Part shown: positions 13,995 to 25,339 of the stretch, piece after piece
How the letters are laid out: each line of letters starts with the position of its first letter
How positions within the stretch are numbered: the stretch's first letter is position 1
Source: the human T2T-CHM13v2.0 reference genome, Homo sapiens
NCBI RefSeq assembly: GCF_009914755.1
Contig: NC_060941.1
Reading direction: 5' to 3' (one strand)
DNA: 64,000 bases
Made by a program: the position numbers and the translations under genes
Notes under the pieces: generated by a model
Database searches by the model: none
The model's input: the letters and a program-made list of their open reading frames with translations, nothing else
What the model was told of the DNA's origin: nothing

Positions 13995-14900
13995 TTTGGC
14001 AGAGACTCAAAGGCAGGGAGAGGAATGGGAAATCTGCGGTGGAAAAGGGGAAGAGGAGTCCTGATGGGGTTGCCAGCCACCAGAGGCGGCTGCTAGTGAA
14101 GTGGCCTCATTGTCTGGGGTGACACCCAATGTTCATTGTCTCACAGCCACAGAGATCAAGGGCATGGACACACAAAGGGTGAGGTTAAGAGTGGAAATTT
14201 AATACGTGAAAGAAAGAGAATAGCTCTCTGCTACAGAGAGGGGTCCCGGAAAAATAGGTCGCTGATGCACAGTGCAATGCAAAGATTTTTATAGATGAGC
14301 TAGTGGGGAGCAGTGTCTGATCTACATCGGGTGTGAAAAAACAGGACCAGGTGTGCCATCTGCATAGGGCACGAATCTCTGGACGCCCCCACACCAATCT
14401 TCTATTTATTACGCAGGTGAGTAGCTACTCCATGTTGCTTATTTCTTTCTTACTGTGCATGTGTTAACAACAACAAAAAAAAAAAAAATTAGGGAAGGTG
14501 AACCCCCCATGGTGGACATGCCTGGCCCCAGGTAGTCCTTTTTATCAGTGTGGCTGCAGGCCTCCCCCCAGGCAAGCTTCCAGCTTCCTTAACTATGTTT
14601 GCAGCTCCATCTTTCAGGCTGCTCTTTGTTAGAAAGAAATGATTTCTTGGGCTGTTTTTTGTCAGAAGTTCTGCCAAGGACTTTTTTGCCCTATCTGCCT
14701 AAATAATTTATTTCCATCTCCTGTATCCAGTCAGGGGATCCTACCTGACTGGTAAGAGGGTGCCTATTTGGTTCTCCCTGTTGGTCCTAGGTTCGAAGCA
14801 AGGGCAAAAAGGAGGGAAGCCGTCAGTGCAGTCCTGACCATTAGGGTTGCTGTATGCAGTTTCCAGCTGGTTACTTCACAGACTGTGGGTCAGAGTGTCA
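13995..14900 (-). mobile_element. ERV1 LTR (same family as 23708-24260), split by a nested LTR
   Basis: 14780-14827 is the reverse-complement counterpart of ~23970-24018 (cagcttccctaatttttgtcccggcttccaacttagaaccaac). Confidence 0.6.
14097..14727 (-). mobile_element. LTR27/28-like ERV1 LTR
   Basis: Right end reverse-complements to gatacaggagatggaaataaattatttaggcagatag, typical of this group. Confidence 0.7.
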
Positions 14901-15000
14901 CCAGGCTCTCGGGTGGATTTTTTAAATCCCACGGACTGAAACCCTTCTTTATTATCTCCAGTCACTTGAACATCTTTCTTTGATTGACAGTTTATTCAGT

Positions 15001-15295
15001 GTTATTAAAAAAAAAAGCTGCTACTATTACTACTACTACTACTACAATTACTATTTATAATAATGGTAATAATTATAGTAATGATGAATCCCAGCAAGGA
15101 CCAAATAATTATAATTACTGATTTAATATTTATACATAAATATTTATTAAAATATATAATCTATATATTACATATATTTATACCATGACATTTATAGTAT
15201 CTACATAATTACATATTATTTGTGTATTTATGACTATTTATATTTATAAATTACATAATAATAAGAAGAATATTATTACTATGACTACTATAAGC
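15001..15295. repeat. AT-rich low-complexity block, (TAC)n/(TAA)n/(TA)n mosaic
   Basis: Seen directly. Related blocks at 15770-15932 and 21510-21592. Confidence 0.9.
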
Positions 15296-15299
15296 CTCA

Positions 15300-17200
15300 G
15301 GACTCCCCCCGCCCCCCACCATAACAGAATATACCCCTTTAACCATCCAGCCACCTAATCCCACGTTGCCCCCGCTGGTCGAGCTTGCTATATATAAAGG
15401 CGGCTGCCAACTGTTGCAAGACAACTAGCTAAAAAGCCTGCCGAACAGATCGGGATCGCGGGTGGGCAGGTAGGACGCCAGGCCTCGTCCGGGTCCACCT
15501 CAGGTCACATTCCCACCTCGGGGCACCCTGGCAGGCATGAGTGGAACCGTGAGATCCCTGGTAGCCAAAAGAAGCCTTGGAAAATTTTGGGGGGAGCGCC
15601 CTGGGCCAGGGACAGCTGCCGGGCAGGGGACAGACTCCCCAGCGCCTCCCGGGCCAGCTGCCCACCCAGAGTGGACTTCAAAATTCACCGGGGTCAGCCT
15701 GCCTCAGCCTCCCCAGGGGCATGTAGAAATTTCTGCGGACCGAAAGCCCCTCCTGCGTCCTCTTCGGAACTATAACTGTTTATATCTAATTGCTATTTAT
15801 GTAGATTGATTATTTATAAAGTATAATTTATACTTCTACAAATTTATATTATTTATATTCATATAGTTTGTAAATGTAAATAAATTATTTGTTTATAATA
15901 CTTGCTTATAAGAATTACCATTGCTGTATAAACCTCAGGTTCCACCATCCCCCTGCCCCTACCCTCCCCTTCGCACCTTGCCACGTCCTTCTCCCCTCGC
16001 CTTGGCCCCTTCTCCTCTCCCAAATTCTAGTTGCCCATCTGCTTGGTTGGGCTGCTGATCGATCTGATCAACTTTCTGAGGCCACATCAAAACTGCAGAA
16101 ATGAGGCTGATCGACCCAGCAGCTCTAACAAAGATCATCCATCGGACATCTGGTCGCCTCTCTATTTTGGAGCCAGAGGCTGTACGCTCTTCCCCGGTGG
16201 GGAGGGTGGGGCCCCAAAGTCCAACCACAAGATCCCATTTTGCAGGCCGCGGCTAAATCCACTGCGCCTTCCCCGTTTTTTCTCGAACTGCCCAAGCCAG
16301 ACTCCACCTCCAAGACAAGACTCGGAAAAAGGTGTGAAGCTCAAGTCGGATGACCACGACCCACGCGTGGCCACGGACGGGCCCATGTTATTCTTCGCAG
16401 TCCTCCTGTAATGGCCGGGCGGGTCCTCGCCTCCAGGGCGGGGCTTGGAGATAATGGGTGTAATGGAAGGCCTGAGGACCCGGCCCCACGCCAGTCGGAG
16501 TCCGGGCGGAGTAACCCATCCCCCGTTCACACTCTCGGAAGGCCCGTCGATTCCTGCGTGTACTAGTCGACCCGCTCAGGCCACAGCACTCCGAGCTCAA
16601 TAGTGCGCCTCCAACGCTGACCCGCAGGTTTAATCTCCGACGAAAGGACGAAGAGTACACCCGGCAAAGCCGGGCTCATCCTGCCAGTGCTGCCAGTCCC
16701 CTTGAACTCTGCACGGCGCCCTGTGGCCAAATCCCCTTTCTTGCCGGCTTCGCCAGAGCGCCGGAGAGAAAACCTTAACAGTGCAGCCAGGTGGCGCCCA
16801 ACAGCCGGCGCAAGCAGCCGCGGATCGGATCGGCATAGCCAGCGGGCGAGGCCTCTCCTAGTCCCTGACCACCTGGGATCGCGTTTCTTGGCCTGGGCCG
16901 GGTGGAGGAGCTCCCAGTTGGCACGGCCTGGAATGACGCGACCCCGCAGCCGAAGGGGACTTGAAAATTTTTCCTAACCACCGTTCCGCTCCGAGTTACT
17001 GCTACCTGCTAGGACAGACCTCCCACGCGGCTCCGGGCCTGGCGATCTTCCGCGGGAACCGGGAACGTTTCCGGAGATCCCCGCAGGCCGGCGCCCTGCC
17101 TCGGCTTCCCAGTGCAGCGGGGTCGCGGGCTCCCCGAGGATTCCAAAGTTTTGCGGGGCGCCTGCGGCGGGAGGGACCCTGAAGTTGAAACTGTGAAAGG
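15300..17200. promoter_or_regulatory. CpG island, candidate promoter (interrupted by the AT block at 15770-15932)
   Basis: The most CpG-dense stretch in an otherwise CpG-depleted window; GC-box gggcgggg at ~16436; not recognisably TE-derived. Confidence 0.85.
15389..15475 (+). promoter_or_regulatory. TATA box, putative short first exon and 5' splice donor of a non-coding transcript
   Basis: TATATATAAA at 15389-15398 in GC-rich context; MYB-type CAACTG at 15408-15413; CAG|GTAGGA donor with GT at 15470-15471. The TSS (~15420) is inferred. Confidence 0.5.
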
Positions 17201-17384
17201 CAGAACGTGGGTGAATCGCTTTTATTCTGTCTTTTCGGAGTGGGAAAGCCTTTCTAAAGCATAAAATAAACCCAGAAGCCATCAAGGAAATGATTGATCA
17301 GCTTGACAACATAAAGTTTCACAAGCAACGTCAAAAGATAACAAATGAGTGTGGGGATCGCTTATGCATAAGATAAGAATATTG

Positions 17385-17965
17385 ATTTCATTCACAATAG
17401 CCAAGATACGGAAGCAAGCTAAGCATCTACCAGTGGGTGAACGGAAAAAGAAAATGTGATGTATGTACATCAGGGGGTACTATCCCGCCTTTGAATAAAA
17501 GGAAATCCTGCTATTGGCGACAACGTGGATGAACGTGGAGGCCATTGTACTAAGCAAAGTAAGCCAGGCACAGAAACAAATACCACTTGGTCTCTCCTGT
17601 ATGTGGAATCTGAAAATAGTTGAACTCATAGAAACGGAGAGTAGAACTGTGGCTACCTGAGGCCGGGGGAAGGGCAGGAGGGAGGAGATGTTGTTCAAAG
17701 GGTACAAGGATTCAGTTAGACAAGAGGAATATGTTTTAGGGATCCACATGACACGGTGACTGTAGTTAATGCATTTTATATGTCAAAATCCCCAAAATAG
17801 TAAATTTTAAATATTCTCACCACAAAAAATAAATGTGTTGGTGATGGATGTCTTAATTAGCTTAAAGTAATTATTCCACCAATGTATACATATATCAAAA
17901 CATCACATTGTATCCCATAAATGTATACAATTATGATTTGTCAATTAAAAATAAACTTTAAAAAA
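17385..17965 (+). mobile_element. L1MA 3' end
   Basis: ttcacaatagccaagatacggaagcaa...tggatgaacgtggaggccattgtactaagc...tttgtcaattaaaaataaa. Confidence 0.85.
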
Positions 17966-18399
17966 TCTTTTTAAAAAGATTTCAGCATTATTTACTATAA
18001 TAACAAAAAAACTGGGGTGGGGGTAATAGCCATTGATTAAGAGGGGTCAGGTTAAATAAACTCCAGTACATCCACACCATACACTGTGTGAATTTGTTTT
18101 GTTTGTTTTAGATGAGATAAATGTTGATGATGAAATGTTAAATGAATAATTTAAAACAAGTATTAAGTTACCTCTATTTCAACACATTAAATAGCTAGTA
18201 AAGACTGTGTGGTGTGGACAGAGGGATATGATCTACAGAACCGAAAAGAGACCAAAACAAATGCACCCAGCTGGTTTTTGACAAGCATGCAAAAGCACCT
18301 TGTGGCAGGAAAGGTAGCCTTTCCATCAAATGGGAGTAGGGCAATTGCACATCACAGGCAGCAAACAAGCAGGCAAACCAAAACCCTTGACCTAGACAC

Positions 18400-19230
18400 T
18401 GTCAACTTTAGAATCCCAGGCCCCCACCAAATGAATGGACCCCCTCTTGGCCAAGGGGACCTCAGGAAAATCTTAAAAGTTTAGTTCTAGTCTGCCTGGG
18501 GTGGGAGGTCAAACATGCCTCATTATACCCCCTGCCTTTTGGGGTTTAGACCAGCATTAATGTTAACATAGAGATCAGAAGACTGACAGAACAGACTCTG
18601 TGGCAATAAAATACCAAGTTATAAACAGGACCTAAGGCCATGCCAGGCAAGGGTTAAGTCACTAACACTACGCCTAAAGAATAAACTGTGTTCCAAGGAC
18701 CACAAGGCTTTTGTTTTTCTCTGGCAGCTAAACAACCACTGGCCTCAAGATAGACAAGATTAAAACAATTTCCAGCTCCACCACCCACTGACTTACTAAA
18801 CCCCTGCTCTACCAGCCATAACTTCCTGATAAGACCACCAACTATGGATTGTCTTTGGCTGGTTTACAGAGGCTGCACACTTGTGTGACTTCATGCCCTG
18901 AAAAGACCTGTTGACATATAGGACCTAACTGTAATACATTTAAATGTTAAGTCTCCACCCCAAAGTGAACATGGATCATATGCTACATGCATGTCTGTTC
19001 AATATGCATGTGCTAGGACCACCTTCATGAATATTCATAGCTCCTCCTATAACCTGTTGAATATGTATGTTTAGCCAACCTGCCCAGCATAAAGCTCCTA
19101 CCCTAACCCCTCCTCCTTCAAAGTGCCGTTTCTGGTCCCTTGGCTGAGATGGCCACCTTAAAGGCTGTAATCCTTATGAGAAATAAAGTCTCCTCATGTT
19201 TCTAAATGGATAAATTGTGGGGGTTTTACC
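18400..19230 (+). mobile_element. MER4-family LTR
   Basis: gaatggacccccctcttggccaagggg...catgcctcattataccc; AATAAA at ~19182. Confidence 0.8.
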
Positions 19231-19419
19231 CTCACACCTCATGCAAACATTGACTCCAAATGGATCACATATTTCAATGTAAAATGTAAAACTATAAAAT
19301 TTTAGGAAAAAAAATCTTAGAGAAAATTGGGATTTAGGCTAAAAAATGAGATTTTATACTTGACATCAAAAGCATGATTCATAAATAGAGATGGGTAAAT
19401 TGGAAGTCATCAAAATTAA

Positions 19420-19740
<321 letters not shown>

Positions 19741-19889
19741 TGAAATGTCCTTTTAAGAGGAGGAAAACAAAGTATAGATCAGAAGAATATATTTACAAAC
19801 CATATATTCTACAGGAATGTGTAAAAAAAAAAACTCAAAACGCAACGGTATTTTTCTTCAAAATCCAATTACAAAATTGATGAAAGACA

Positions 19890-20486
19890 TGTTAAAGTAT
19901 GCCCCCTGCAGAAAGACAAAATGACTCCCAGGAGACTAACTGAGTTGCTCAAAGTTAAAATGGAACCAGGCGGCTGTAGCTGGGTGACAGAGACTTCATG
20001 TACTCTGTGTTCTTAGAAAGATGTTATAAAAGTATCACAAGACCTCCCTTCCACAACCAAACCAAACCAGTTCCTGTTGTCAGTGTCAAGATAACTGTAT
20101 CCGGAGCACCACTTCCCTGGACCCCTGACAGCCATTTATAAGAAATTTCTGACAGTCTTCTGCTTAAGGCTTAAAGAACAACAAGTCAGAACTCCCCTGC
20201 CCTGACTAATCAGGACTCAACTGCATCAATCAGGGTTCACCTGGATCGACTAATCAGGATTCAGCTACATCCACCGATCAGGACAGCATGAGTTTCAGTC
20301 CTTCATTTACATAAATGAAAGTAGTTGGAAACCTGGACAGAAACTTTTACCATAGAGCCCAAACCCTTTCTTAGTTTTCTAGAACTTACTTTCCTTTTAC
20401 ACTGAAGGCTGCAACTTCCCCATTTACAAACTGTTCACTGAAATAAAGTCACTTTCCACATTCCTTTTCAGAAAACTTAGCTCACA
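19890..20486 (+). mobile_element. ERV1 solo LTR (MER72/LTR47-like)
   Basis: TG...CA termini, perfect TSD GACA at 19886-19889 and 20487-20490, AATAAA at ~20442. Confidence 0.82.
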
Positions 20487-20769
20487 GACACGAACTAGCA
20501 TTTCACTGAGCAGGACGTACAGATGGCAGGTCGGCACATGAGAAGACGTTAGCCTTTTGTGGGAGTGTAAATTAAAATGACAGTGAGACGTCATGACACA
20601 TCCATCAAATGCCTTCAACAAGATACAGGAACAGCATCAAATGCAGGTGAGGCTGTGGAGGAACGGGCTTTCTCACACATTGCTGGTGGTAAGGTAATAT
20701 TGTACTGCCACTCTGGAAAACAGTGTGGCAGTTTCAAAAAAGAAAACAGCAACAACAAAAACATGCAAG

Positions 20770-21286
20770 TGAAGCGTGGCAGAATATGCCACCCCAAAAT
20801 ATGCCACTTTAGCATAAGGGTTATTTTGAGCTAAAGGCACTTGAAAAACAGCAGACACAAGGAAGATGCCCTGACCTCCCCTTTTTCTTCCTGAAAGTAG
20901 GAGGTGAATCTCCCATGGGAAAGGTGCCCTCCCTGTACCAGGAGGAAGGAAGCAATTCTTACCACCAGAGGCAGGGAGTTGGGGCCGAGGGGAATCTGTA
21001 CAAACAAATCTCGTTAAACTAACCCTCATCTGCCTCATTACTTCTCCACGATGAACTGCCCTATCCCAGACTCCATTGTCTTCAGGTTTTCACAACTTAC
21101 TCTTTGTCCAACCTAGTATATAAGTGTTCAGGCCTAACTGCTTCTTCGGATCTCTTTTTCCTACAGGGTTCCATTCACATGTGCAAATCTGTGTGCTTTT
21201 CTCCTGTTAATGTGTTTTATGTCCACTTACCTCTTAGGCCCAGCCAGAAACACTAACAGTAGAGGTAAAGTTTTGCTTCCCCTGCA
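20770..21286 (+). mobile_element. MER34-like LTR
   Basis: tgaagcgtggcagaatatgccaccccaaaatatgccacttt start; near-TSD CAAG/TAAG. Confidence 0.85.
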
Positions 21287-23707
21287 TAAGGACCATGTAA
21301 CCCAGCAACCAAACCCCTGGGCATTCACCCCAGAGACAGGGGAACTTGCTGTGCTTGAAGGGTTGATTCAGTGCCTCTGGGGCCGAGGACTCCCCCTGAC
21401 CTCTGACCCTGGGCTACAGCAGGAATTAGAATATTTCCCAGCCTGAAACTCCTCTTTCCTCAACTTCAGTCAACCAGACACCCTTTGTGGATGGAAAAAT
21501 CTCATTCAGTGTTTTTATAACAATAACAAATAATAATGGTAATCATTACAATAATGATGAACAACAGCAACAATAACTATTATTATTATTAACCTTGGGG
21601 GATGAAAGGGTAGGGTACAGACCTCCACAATGCTCCTGGAGAATGACCACCTACTCCTGCTGGGTCCCAGGGTGGGCTGGGGTCAGAGTCCCAGGTTTGC
21701 ACGTGCAACATGCTCTGTGAAGGCAAGGGGTGAGCAGCAGGAGGAAAGGGAAATTACCCTAACAGGGTGTGGCAGACCAGTGAGGACCCTGGGAGGAGAA
21801 ACAGGGGAGGGATGTGCAGGGAGAGGGACCCAGGTCGGGCACCCGCTGCCTGGTCAGTGAGCTGCCAAAGCTTCCTCCACAAGTGCTGGACTCCTTGTCC
21901 ATGCCTGCCTACCCGGCCCCCGGCCAGCAAACCGCGGGCACCAGCTCATGGTGCACAGAAATATGCACTCCAGATGAATCGCACACCTCGATGTTAAACG
22001 TAAAAGAGAAAACCTCAGTAGAGAATGCTAAGCGTTTGTGTCCCCTGGAGAAATGTTCTTCAGTGTGGCACAGCAGAAACCCAGGTGGTCAGCAGCCCCA
22101 TCTGGTGTGGTGCCAGGGAAGAGCGCTGACTTGTTAGAGCAGCCTGGAGTTCTGCCTGCTGCGATCCATCACGGCGGCCTCTGCATCTGCAGGGTAAGGC
22201 CTTCAGGTTTAGCACTGCAAACCCAGGCATTTGGAGTCTGTTGGGCCAGTATCGCTGCTCAGGTGCAGATGGGCCAGCTGACTTCACCTGAATTGTAGCT
22301 GCCAGCCTTCGTGAGAAGTGGGGGCGCTTCTGGGACCGGCCGGCTGGGGCATCGGGTGCACCATTTCTACTTGAACACACGTCCCCCAGGCACTTGGGGC
22401 CCCCAACACGGAAAGCGGCCATGAGGTGCTGGGCCTCCCTCTGGCTAGGGGGAGCAAGGAGACAGCGAGTGTGGCAGCCAGGACTGGGCCTCAGTGCTCC
22501 CAGCGGGTGGGGGTGTGACGGGTGTAGTCAGGCCAGGTCTGTGGGGAAGGTTTGTAGGACTGGGGCTGGGGGCTAGCCTTGAGTCCTGAGCCACCCACCA
22601 GTGGCAAACTGCAGTTTTGCAGAGGTTAAGCCTCCGGCACCTCTCTAAGGCAGCTAGGCTGGGACAGGACTGGCAACAGCAGCACCAACACCTGTGTGTC
22701 CTGAGCAGGGGGTACTGCACTCACCGGCTCCAACCAGCAACGTCATTAACGTTTTTCTCCACTGTGAGGATCATGCAAACCCTACCAGTTTGATTCCAAT
22801 GTTTTTTGAAAAACATACTTGAACACAGAGCTGGGAGTTTTGACAGGTAGGCTTTAGGAGCTTTGTCACCACCACCAGGACACAGGGATCTCCCGGCAAG
22901 GTGCTCAGGGACCTGTGGGGCCCAGAGGCCAGGGGGCTGGGAGGGCCTGGAGTGGCCAGCAGGGAGGCTGCAGAGCCATGCCTCCTCCTCCCCTAATCAC
23001 CCCAGCAGACCTTCCTCTGAGAAGCAGCAGACCAGGGAGGGGGCATGTGTCATTCTCTGCCAGTCACTTTCTTCTCCACTCCACCACCTATGCATTTAAC
23101 ACAGAAAGTGCATGAGGCCACGCTGTCTGCAGTCAGCCACCGCCACTGCTCCATCCAAGGACTCTGCACTGGAGGCCAGCAGGATGCCCTGGGCTTCCTG
23201 CAGGGGCTAAGCCATGCATGGGTCCCAGTGCAGTCAAGGCCCCAAGGCAGTGAGAAAGGTTCAGCCTGGAGGTGGGTGGTTAGGCATAGGTCCTCGAGAG
23301 TCCCTTTAAGGTCTCAATCCTAGTATCGCGTGGGGTCCCATTGCTGTGGTTCAAATTTCTCAGTCTTTCCCTTGATTTTGCTGGTTTTGCCTCTTTACAG
23401 ATTATTTCCTTTTGGGTTTTCTCTACTTCTAAAGAATTTTTTGTTGTAATTATTTCAGACACTGCCTGAGAATTGAGATTTTATGGTTTTCAAGAGTTAC
23501 GGTTTTCAATACATCTTCATGTTCCCTCATCCTATTCTCCTAGAAGTTGGCTCTGTGCTGTTAGCTGCCTCCACACATGTGCCCTTCATTTGTTAGGACT
23601 CAAGTGTCACATCTGAAATGGGGGCTAGCAAGGTAGATCTGCAAGACCTATCCCTTGGTTGAAGTAGCAAGCCCTGGAGTGGCCCAGCAGGTGCTGATAA
23701 GCTGACC

Positions 23708-24260
23708 TGTGAGAGACTGAATATACAATGACAGTGGCTAGACTACATAAAAAATCAAACTCTGAGCCATAATCTGCAGCAACCAGCCCCAAAGCCAGCC
23801 CGAGATCTGCAGCCACAGCCCAGGAAGCCAGCCCGTTAGAAGTCAGATGTGCAGGAAGCCAGCCCTCTAGAAGTCAGACGTGCAGGAAGCCAGCCCGCTA
23901 TCTCCAGTCAATCCAGGGAGCTTAACACCGCCCTGTAACAATCAGCCCAAGACAGTCAGAACTTGACTAATAACAGCTTCCCTAATTTTTGTCCCGGCTT
24001 CCAACTTAGAACCAACCAGAAAAAGTGAAATCTACTGCCCTAACCGACCACACAGGAGGCCCCATTTCTGGTCGGCCACCCCAGTTTCCCCAAGCCAACA
24101 GCCTCCACTCGGAGTGCACCTGGAGCCTCCCCTTTTTCCACTGTGAACCTTTCCCATCCTCTGCCTGCCTGGAAATTTCTACCAAAATGCAACTGGCGAT
24201 GGCTGACTCCCTTGCTGGGGCCTTTGTGTCTCTCATTTGAGTGGTCTTTGCTTATCTCCA
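23708..24260 (+). mobile_element. ERV1-class LTR with an internal 31-bp tandem repeat
   Basis: TG start; ctgcagcaaccagccc/caggaagccagccc reiterations; related to the reverse LTR at 14.0-14.9 kb. Confidence 0.7.
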
Positions 24261-24730
24261 TGCTGCTTGCTATGCTACTACGGATGGGCATTTCCTGCCC
24301 ATCCACGAAGATTTCACGTGCGTGCCTGGGGTGGCAGCATACCCAGGTGCATTTCTCCTGCCTCCTCCTTCTCTCTTTATCCCGCAGTCTTCCTCCTCAC
24401 CCAGCTAGCCACAGGTGTCCACATGGAGCACAGTCTGAGGAGAGAGCAGGGTCAAACACAGCCAGGTTCTAGGTGGAGCTGAATGGGGTTTGACAGGTGC
24501 CAGGTGCTCCCCCAGATGGATCTTTACATCATAAAAACGATTTTGTGCTTGAAGATGTGGCTTCAGATCCACCAAGCATAAAGTCACCACCTGAAATTAG
24601 AAAGAAAACATCCAATAAATAGGCCTTCTTCACTCCAGCAACCCTCTCCCCATGTGCCTTCTGAAGCTCCTGCAGCAAGCCTGCAGATGGGTTCAGAAAG
24701 TGTTTCCAAGAGGAGCACCACACAGCTCTA

Positions 24731-24745
24731 ACAGACAGACAGACA

Positions 24746-24778
<33 letters not shown>
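24731..24778. repeat. (ACAG)n(AC)n compound microsatellite
   Basis: Seen directly. Confidence 0.95.
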
Positions 24779-24779
<1 letters not shown>

Positions 24780-25339
24780 GAGTCAACATGAGGGTAAGAA
24801 TGAGGAGAGTGATGGCTGCAGTGTCTGAGAGAATTTAGTCTCAAGGATTAAGGGAAGGCTCCCCAGGCGAGTGGGAAAGGTGAGCAGTGTTCGGTCTCTC
24901 AGAGGCGTGGATGGAAGTGTCGTCCAGGCAGAAGACAAATGCACAAGGCTTGAAGCCGGAGCAAACAGCTTCCATATGCAGGAGTGAAAATGGCAGGCAC
25001 TTCTATGGCAAATCCAAGAGTGAGGCAGGAGGGTTCAGGGCCTAGCATGCCAGGCCAGTGACTTTGTGGAACCAGCAAACCAAGCTAGGCAAAGTGTGGC
25101 ATGTTACTTCCTTATAATATTTTTAATTAGAATCATAATATTTTCTCTTTAATGCAAAGAATAAATAAATTCTTAAATAATACCTAGCCCAAGGGCCACT
25201 ATCCAGAGACACTCAAGCTGCCAGAATTTTTAATGTATCTTTCAAGAAATATTTTCTATATAAACAGAAGCCTGAGATGTATATGCCATTTTTTGTGGTC
25301 TCTTCCACCAAAACTTCCTCAAATGTATTAAGAGCACAA

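Noticed and set aside
16031-16660. 90-126 aa ORFs in the CpG island
   Set aside because: Stop-poor GC-rich DNA, mostly non-ATG starts, Pro/Arg/Gly-rich, and no family resemblance.
16380-16680. Possible structured RNA gene (Pol III, vault or 7SK-like) in the island
   Set aside because: No convincing A/B boxes, oligo-T terminator or match to RNAs I recognise; a cmscan against Rfam would settle it.
20200-20290. ~24-bp reiterations (aatcaggactca...) resembling a repeat-spacer array
   Set aside because: Lies inside a TSD-bounded LTR and is probably intrinsic U3 repetition. The DNA is eukaryotic and has no cas genes, so it is not CRISPR.
24620-24700. LQELQKAHGE peptide resembling coiled-coil centrosomal proteins
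   Set aside because: Too short and low in complexity; no adjacent supporting exons.
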